Of a stretch of 64,000 nucleotides of DNA, positions 55,950 to 64,000 are shown in pieces. Position 1 is the stretch's first letter. Each line of letters opens with the position of its first letter. This DNA comes from Octopus vulgaris. Its lineage: Eukaryota. Location of the stretch: the NCBI GenBank assembly GCA_951406725.2, contig OX597816.1, positions 26,474,001 through 26,538,000 on the forward strand. The letters are read 5' to 3'. The notes beneath the pieces were generated by a model. It ran no database searches. It had not been told where the DNA came from and saw only the letters and a list, made by a program, of their open reading frames with translations. Position numbers and translations under genes: made by a program.

Positions 55950-56500
55950 CCAGGTACCTTTTCATCTGACATTTCGATCAGAGTTCAAATTCCGCCGAGG
56001 TCGACATTATTTTTCATTCTCTCGGGGTCGATAAAATAAGTACCAGTTGAGCACTGTGGTCAATGTAATCAACTTCTCCCCACCCACTAAAAAAAACTAT
56101 TGGCCTTGTACCAAAATTTGAGACCATTATAATCATTATTTGCTGTTATTGTTGTTGTTGTTGTTATTGTTTCAAATCGGTGATCTGGCAGAATAGTTTG
56201 CGCGTCGGACAAAATGCTTAACGACATTTCATCTTACTCTTTACGTTCTAAGTTCAATTTCCACTGAAGTTGACTTTATGTTTTATCCTTTCAGGGTCAA
56301 TAAAATAAGTACTAGTTGAGCTTTGAAATCGATGTAATCGATCAACCCACCCACCCCCGCACTAAATTGCTGGCCTTGTGCCAAAATTTGAAACCATTGT
56401 TATTATTGTTGTCGGATAAAATACCTTGAGGTGTTTGATCTGATACTTTATGATCTAAGCTCAACTTCTGCTAAGGTCGACTTTGCCTTTCACCCTTCCG
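55950..56500 (+). mobile_element. Tandem older family B SINE copies; further copies at about 5620-5737(-), 57850-58300, 58485-58680, 60523-60722, 60945-61140(-), 62019-62198(-), 63402-63617(-)
   Basis: Recurrent GAGTTCAAATTCCGCCGAGGTCGAC...GGGGTCGATAAAATAAGTACCAG...GGCCTTGTGCCAAAATTTGAAACC. Confidence 0.8.
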
Positions 56501-56814
56501 GGTATCATTCAAGTACCAAGCATCCTGTCTCGAAGCGAAGGGAAATTCTCTCTCGTCTACTTCACATCTTAACATCAGACCTAATTACTGACCCTCAAAA
56601 CTTCCTAAATGCTTAGAACAGACTTTTAGATTTAAGAATAAATTTACAGCACAATCTACAAAGCAGCTAAGTCTACCTCTTCTTATAAAATTCTACTGCA
56701 TTAAAAGCGAACGGGCACATTAAACACTGAAGTCCTTGACATAAAAAATGATAGGATGGCCACGATCGAAGCTCCTTTCACTCTAGGTCTGCACAATCAG
56801 GCAACTGTAACCAA

Positions 56815-57297
<483 letters not shown>

Positions 57298-59380
57298 GCA
57301 ACTATAACCAACAACAGTTATAAAAAATAATGGGCGATCATTAGTAGAAATAGTTGAGCAACGAATGAAACGCCGAACGGTATTTAATAAACCCCTATGC
57401 AAACCTATCCCCGAGGACATCATTTTATCATTCTGATATTCCCCTAAACAGATATAAAACAATCTTGCATGGAGCATAATTTATTACACATCATTATCAC
57501 CTTACATTGATTTAAAGTTAACACGATTAAAATCAACATTAAGGAAAATAAATCTTGCTAATATTGCGAGGATTAACGAATTTTTATTCAAACTAAAAAT
57601 TTACCCGCTGGAATCCTAAAATTTCTCTCCGAAATTCTGAAATTTTCCAACAGATGGGTGAATAAAGTTTAGTCAGATTTGTGTGCCGTGTCTTGTAGTA
57701 CTATTTTCTTTATGTTCTGTATATTTTGTAATTCCTGGTGTTTTGGTTTGTCTCTCTTGGAAATTTGGCTTTGTTTATCTTGGAGCTTTTGTTTGTCAGA
57801 GAACTGTGGAGATCAGAATCGACAGAGCGACGATAAAATGTTTTACTCTGTTTAGATACAGATTTTTAAGTTCTGAGCTCATTTTCCATCGAGGTTAACT
57901 TTGTTCTTCATCCTTCTGAGATCGATAAAAATAAGTAACTGTAAAATAAGCAGGTCCCTCTAATCAACTAATCCCTCTCCCAAAATGTATGGCGTTTTGC
58001 CCATGTTAAACATCAATGTTTACTCAGAGAAGACTATGAATGCGAGCCCTGAGTTCGAGCTCTGAGTTCAAATTCTACAATTTGAGACAATGAATATCAG
58101 AATGCGAACCCTGAATTCAAATTCTACGTTCTAGGTTCGAATTCTGTCGAGGCCTACTTTTGCTGTTCATCCTTGCAGAACCAATACGACAAAATACCAG
58201 TTTGGTACTACAGTCAATGTAATCGACTATATCCCTCCCCCAAGTCTGAGGTTTTGTGCTTGTAAAAGAAACTAATATTTAGAGAATAGCTGATATTATG
58301 ACAGGTAGAACGACAAATTAAAGGCCTTGTGGTATTTACTTAGACCCCTTTCATTTCAAAGTTCCATTTTGCCAAAGTCATATACTCTCTCGTTCATCCG
58401 TCCAATGTCACTAAACTAAGCGTCAGTCAAATACTGCTAACGGCTGGGGAAGTAAGTGTTTCACTCAATATTAAATTAATTAAAGGCGACGAGCTGGCAG
58501 AATCATTAGTGCATTTTGTCCGTCTGCACGTTCTGAGTTCAAATTCTGGCGAGGTCGACTTTACCTTTCATCCTTTCGGGATCCATAAACTAAGGAGCAG
58601 TTGAGCATTGGAGTCGATGTGATCGACATACCACTCCCCCGAAATTACTCGCCATGTGCCAAAATTGGAAATCAATATTAAATGAATTAAGGCACAGTAT
58701 TGTTGAAGGGTTAAGAAGCTTGCTTCTCTATCTCGAAGTCTCAGGTTCGATCCTACTGGGAAATATTTTATGTAAGCATCCTTTACTATAGTCGCGGATC
58801 GACCCAAACCTTGTAAATGAAACTGAACTGAAGGAAACTGAAGGAAAATTTGTCAAATGAATTTAATCTAATTCAAGAGTCCAGCCTTGTCACATGCTGC
58901 GCCATGCTGAGGATCATGCTATGGATATACATGTCTGTGGACTACTCAACCACTATTGTGAATCAATAGTTCAGTTAATCGAACAACTGAACAACTAGCG
59001 TTAGAGCTGACACAGATCCATTTACTAAATCCATGACTAGAGGGTTTTCAGTATTATAAACCTCTCTATCTTTACCATTCCTGAGTAAAAAAAAATCCCT
59101 ATAATGACAACTTCGTCTTTCATTACTCTGAGAGCGATAAAAATGTTGGAAGAGTTAGTTATTGTTGCAGTCACCCATGCATACCAGCCTCCCCTATCCA
59201 CGCCACCAGTATTATCCAAGGGAAAGGGGAAAGGCAGATACAGCTTGGCACCAGTAACGTCGCAACTCATTTCTACAGCTAGAAACTGGAGCTACGTGAA
59301 ATAAAGTGTGTTTCTCAAGACCACAACTCGCAACCCGGTCCGGAATTCGAACTCACAACCACACGGTCATAAGCTCGACG

Positions 59381-59383
<3 letters not shown>

Positions 59384-59479
<96 letters not shown>

Positions 59480-59508
59480 GTATATATATATATGTATATA
59501 TATATATG

Positions 59509-59571
<63 letters not shown>

Positions 59572-59582
59572 GTATGTATGTG

Positions 59583-59659
<77 letters not shown>

Positions 59660-59936
59660 GTATATGTATATATATGTATATGTATATATATGTATATGTA
59701 TATATATGTATATGTATATATATGTATATGTATATGTATGTATATGTATATGTATGTATATGTATATGTATGTATATGTATATATATATATGTATATATA
59801 TATATGTATATATATATATGTATATATGTATATATATGTATATATATGTATATATGTATATATATGTATATATATATATATATGTATATATATGTATATA
59901 TATGTATATATATGTATATATATGTATATATGTATA

Positions 59937-59974
<38 letters not shown>

Positions 59975-60008
59975 CACACAAACATATACATATATATATA
60001 CATATATA
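59384..60008. repeat. About 620-bp TA-derived microsatellite with higher-order TATATATATGTATG units
   Basis: Seen directly. Confidence 0.95.
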
Positions 60009-60123
60009 ATAATCTTTGAATGGAATTTATACATCGGTACGAGCGTTTCCACAAATCACATGTCCTTTAAGATTATAGTCTGTATTCCTCGGTGCGATCC
60101 CAAAAACTGGTATTGCCAGTTGA

Positions 60124-60196
60124 CATTATTAGGCTGTAGCCGGCATTATTAGGCTGTAGCCGGCATTATTAGGCTGTAGCCGGCATTATTAGGCTG
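60124..60196. repeat. 20-bp minisatellite (CATTATTAGGCTGTAGCCGG) x3.6
   Basis: Three identical contiguous units plus a partial unit. Confidence 0.95.
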
Positions 60197-61699
60197 AGCG
60201 CTGGTCTAGATACGTAATAACATAACATGCTCACCTGTACTTAACTCTTAATTTTCATGCGGATGGCATCTCTAAGTCATTCATTTCAGTCAACTTTGCA
60301 TTTCACGCTTTCGAAGTCCATAAAGCGAATTACCTTGATGAGATTCGATTTCATTATGCAAAGAACCGTAATTAAATACCCCATGGCAGTTTGTTCGACG
60401 CTCTAACGATTTTGTCGAGACACCACTTTATGAGTAGATAATTGTTTCTAATATACGCACAAGAGCAGCAATTTTGAAAGGAAAGAAATAGTTGCTTACA
60501 TCGAACCTAAAATTTGACAAGATGGCGGTGAACTTGGCAGAATCGTTAGCACATCGGACAAAATGCCTAGTGACATTTCTTCTGGTTCTTTAAGTTCTGA
60601 GTTCAAATGCCGCCAAGGTCAACTTTATCTTTCATCACTTCAGAGTCAATAAAATAAAGTACCAGCCAAGTATTGGAGGTCGATGTAATCGACTTGTTCC
60701 TCCCTTCAAAATTGCTGGCCATAGACCCTGCAACAGACCTGGGTCCCATTTAGGAATAATTTTGTGATCTCGGACATGTCACTGGCCTTATGAGGCCTAG
60801 GGCTCAGAAAAACTTTTTAAATAAAAATGAAAGGTAAAGTACCGGGATTTGAACTCAGAGCGTCAAAGGCCGGAACAAATTCCGACAGGCATCTCTACCG
60901 ATTTTGTCAAACCTCTGCATTTACAACAACAACGACAACAATAGCTATTTCTAATTCTGGTCTGAAGCCAACATCTTTGATGGGAAAGAGTTTGTCCATT
61001 TCAGTGTCCCCAGTGCTTGGCAGGTACATTATTTTATTGAAGCCCTAAAGAATGAAAGGCAAAGTTGACCTCGGCGGGGTTTGAACCCAGAGCGGGAAGA
61101 AGGCAATCAAATACCGCAAGACATTTTCTGCCAATCCACTGTTATCTATATAATAAAAAACAAAGATAATGATCCGTCCCGGGTCATATAGACTCACGGA
61201 GCCAGTTTCTTGGTTTCTATGTCGTGTGTACATACCCCACCTGGACAGAACGCCGATCAGTGGCAAAATTGCTCATTTTTGCCACCTGAGTGGAATGAAA
61301 CAGTGTGAAATGAAGTGTTTTGCTCAAGAAAACAACAACACGTCACTCGGTCCAGGAATCGAAACCACAACCTTATGATCATGAGTCCAACACTCTAACC
61401 ACTAAGCCACGCACTTCCATACTGCTACCCATAAATAAGTAATAACTGTTTTTAACATAGGCACTAGGCCACAAATTTGTGGATAAGGAAAGTTTTGATT
61501 GTACTGACTCTAATATGTAATTGGTACTTTATTTAGTCGATCCTGGGAGGATAAAATATAAAGGCGACGTCGACGAGATTTGAATGTATGATAGAAGGTA
61601 AATAAACATGACTAAATACCACAAGGTATTGATTCCGGTACTCTAATGCTTCCACCAATGAACCATCTTGGAAATTGACAGTATTAAATAACAGCAACA

Positions 61700-61942
61700 A
61701 CGTAAAACAATGCAATAACTATTTGTGTGCCTTCGATATTGCGAGCAAAGAAACTGAAAAGTGCTTGGAAACAAAAAAAAAATGAAAATAAAGAACATTC
61801 AGAAAATGGCATTATTTGGTAGTGCAAGGAACCTCTGCAAAGCCCTCGAGACTAGAAAACAACATATGACCTTACTTTTCGAGATGTGAACAGCTGTTAC
61901 GTTAATGGCACCACCTCCAGCAACAAGCTGAGTATGTAGGAG

Positions 61943-61945
<3 letters not shown>
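61700..61945 (+). mobile_element. Decayed R4/Dong-clade 3' fragment ending in (AAT)n
   Basis: NIQKMALFGSARNLCKALE, followed by a short UTR and (AAT)n. Confidence 0.6.
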
Positions 61946-62019
<74 letters not shown>

Positions 62020-62206
62020 CTTTTTTACTATAGGCACAAGGCCTGAAGTTTTGGGGATGAGGACTAGTCGATTACATCGACCTCAGTGTTTCATTGGTAC
62101 TTAATTTATCGACCCCGAAAGGATGAAAGACCAAGTCAATCTCGACGGAATTTGAACTCGGAACTTAGCGTGCTAACGACACTGCCAGCTTGGTGCCTTG
62201 ATAATC

Positions 62207-62262
<56 letters not shown>

Positions 62263-62264
<2 letters not shown>

Positions 62265-63285
62265 GAGCACTCGAAGAGCGCAAACCTCGCCAAGGCTATA
62301 CCAACCACCTCCCAACAATTAGCCGGAGATGATTTTTAAAATGAGAACATCTGAAATAAACTCGACTGCTCTGACTAACGAGAATACCAAAAATGAACCC
62401 GACCGCTCTCAAAAATTAAGTAAAAAAAAAACGGAAAAATAATCCAGAATCCTTGTCCGGTACCTGATCGATCCCAACGGTAGTCATACAATGTGAATGT
62501 GGGTGTGCGGGTGGTGTTTGTAATGCTGTGTGAGTGTCATCTGCAGTGGGAACAGGGAGTGTTTTCTCCATGAAGGCCTTTTTCAGTCTCTCTACATTAA
62601 GGTCAATAGTGAAAAATTTATCCATGAGTGAAAGAAAACGGAAAGGATCTGCATACGGTGCTGTTAACGGAGGTTTAACAACATCGTTGCGCACAAAAAT
62701 GTAAGTCCAAGAATTAAAGCTTCCTTCAAGGCAGAGCTAGAAATGCAATTGTCAAGTAGGTAACAGGTTTTAAACAGGAGCGATATACTCGAAATTGGTA
62801 AAACTAAAAATTGTTGAGAATAATTAAATTTATTATTGTTACTGAATATGTTAGTGTTGTTTAATTTCTGAACGGTTTTGCTGATGTTTGTTTATGTAGT
62901 TTGATTTCTTTATCCATCAGTTTCTACTAAGATAGAGACGCGATTAAAATTAATAATTTTGAAACGAAAATAAAACTTTGGAATCAGCAATGTCGCCATA
63001 ACTTACGTGGAAACCATGAAGGTGCTTTCAAGGGAGATAATCAAAGAAAGACTTGAAAGTCAACGTAAGATCGTAATACATCATGTAAAGTAAATATAAC
63101 AAATAATCCAGGATCCTTGTCCGGTACGGGATCGATCCCAAAATCTAATCAGTTCGTGCCAGTCACAAGGCCAAACATCCCTGAAAGTTTCATCCGAATC
63201 CATCCAGCGGTTCTTGAGATATCTTGTCCACGGACAAACAAACAAACACGACTGAAAACAATACCCCTGCCTTTGCTAAGGCAGA

Positions 63286-63290
<5 letters not shown>
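62263..63290. mobile_element. Helentron/HINE-type non-autonomous element in an (AAT)n tract, with internal cargo
   Basis: One end is AAGAGCACTC..GAGCGCAAACCTCGCCAAGGC. The other has (ACAA)n, GAAAACAATACC and hairpin CCCCTGCCTT-TGCT-AAGGCAGAGG. 41-bp internal direct repeats at 62437-62477 and 63101-63141. Confidence 0.7.
62478..62730 (-). mobile_element. Ty3/Gypsy integrase C-terminal (GPY/F module) fragment
   Basis: WTYIFVRNDVVKPPLTAPYADPFRFLSLMDKFFTIDLN-VERLKKAF resembles THVFVRxDAVxxPLxPPYxGPFxVL...VSxDRLKPA. Confidence 0.8.
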
Positions 63291-63367
<77 letters not shown>

Positions 63368-63639
63368 GCAACAACAACAACAACAACAACAATAATAATA
63401 ATCCTTTCTACTAGAGGCACAAGGCCTGAAATTTTAGGGAGGGGGGACCAGTCAATTAGATCGACCCCAGTACGCAAATGGTACTTAATTTATCGACCCC
63501 GAAAGGATGAAAGGCAAAGACGACCCCGGCGGAATTTGAACTCAGAACATAGAGACGGGCGAAATACTGCTAAGCATTTCGTCCAGCGCGCTAACGATTC
63601 TGTCAGCTCACCGCCTTGATAATAATAATAATAATAATT

Positions 63640-64000
63640 ACTCTTTACTCTTTTACTCTTTTACTTGTTTCAGTCATTTGACAGTGACCATGCTGGAGCA
63701 CCGCCTTTAGTCAAGCAAATCGACCCCAGGACTTATTATTTATAAGCCTAGTACTTATTCTATAGGTCTCTTTTGCCGAACATACCAGCATCGGTTGTCA
63801 AGTGATGTTGGGAGGACAAACACAGACACACAAACACACACACATATATACATATACATATATACGACGGGCTTTTTTCAGTTTTCGTCTACCAAATACA
63901 CTCACAACGCTTTGGTCGGCCCGAGACTATAGTAGAGGACACTTGCCCAAGATGCCACGATGTGGGCCTGAGCCCGGAACTATGCGGTTGGTAAGCAAGC
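63640..64000 (-). mobile_element. SINE family A (runs off the window end)
   Basis: (TACTCTTT)n tail and the reverse complement of the family A body. Confidence 0.9.

Noticed and set aside
59306-60152. Long YIYI/MYVC/HTHT/poly-I ORFs here and throughout the ORF track
   Set aside because: They are translations of stop-free TA, TATG, CA and AAT microsatellites, open in several frames at once.
60124-60196. Identical 20-bp repeats as a CRISPR array
   Set aside because: The units are contiguous with no spacers, there are no cas genes and the context is eukaryotic. It is a minisatellite.

Overview
AT-rich, microsatellite-dense animal DNA. The SINE families and repeat load point to an octopus/coleoid cephalopod, which is an inference. 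There are no prokaryotic features, and almost all ORFs in the supplied track are microsatellite artefacts. The one host gene I can support is the 3' half of a Mohawk (Mkx) TALE-homeobox gene on the + strand. Three phase-compatible exons (37990-38361, 43855-43897, 51437-51515) encode the three Mkx repression motifs. I found no homeodomain exon, so it presumably lies upstream and most of the window is intron. The introns carry many mobile elements: tRNA-derived SINEs (nested copies and fixed-junction concatemers), Tc1/mariner relics, MITEs including a Merlin-like one, Helitrons, a Helentron/HINE holding a Gypsy integrase fragment, (TAA)n-associated R4/Dong fragments and an RTE fragment. The most notable signal is a set of Penelope-like elements (PLEs) and solo terminal repeats carrying minimal type-I hammerhead ribozyme motifs in about four families (nine motif copies). 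These include recurrent non-canonical cores, an inversion breakpoint at one predicted cleavage site and an insertion at another. All similarity calls are made by eye and from memory of family motifs; no searches were run.
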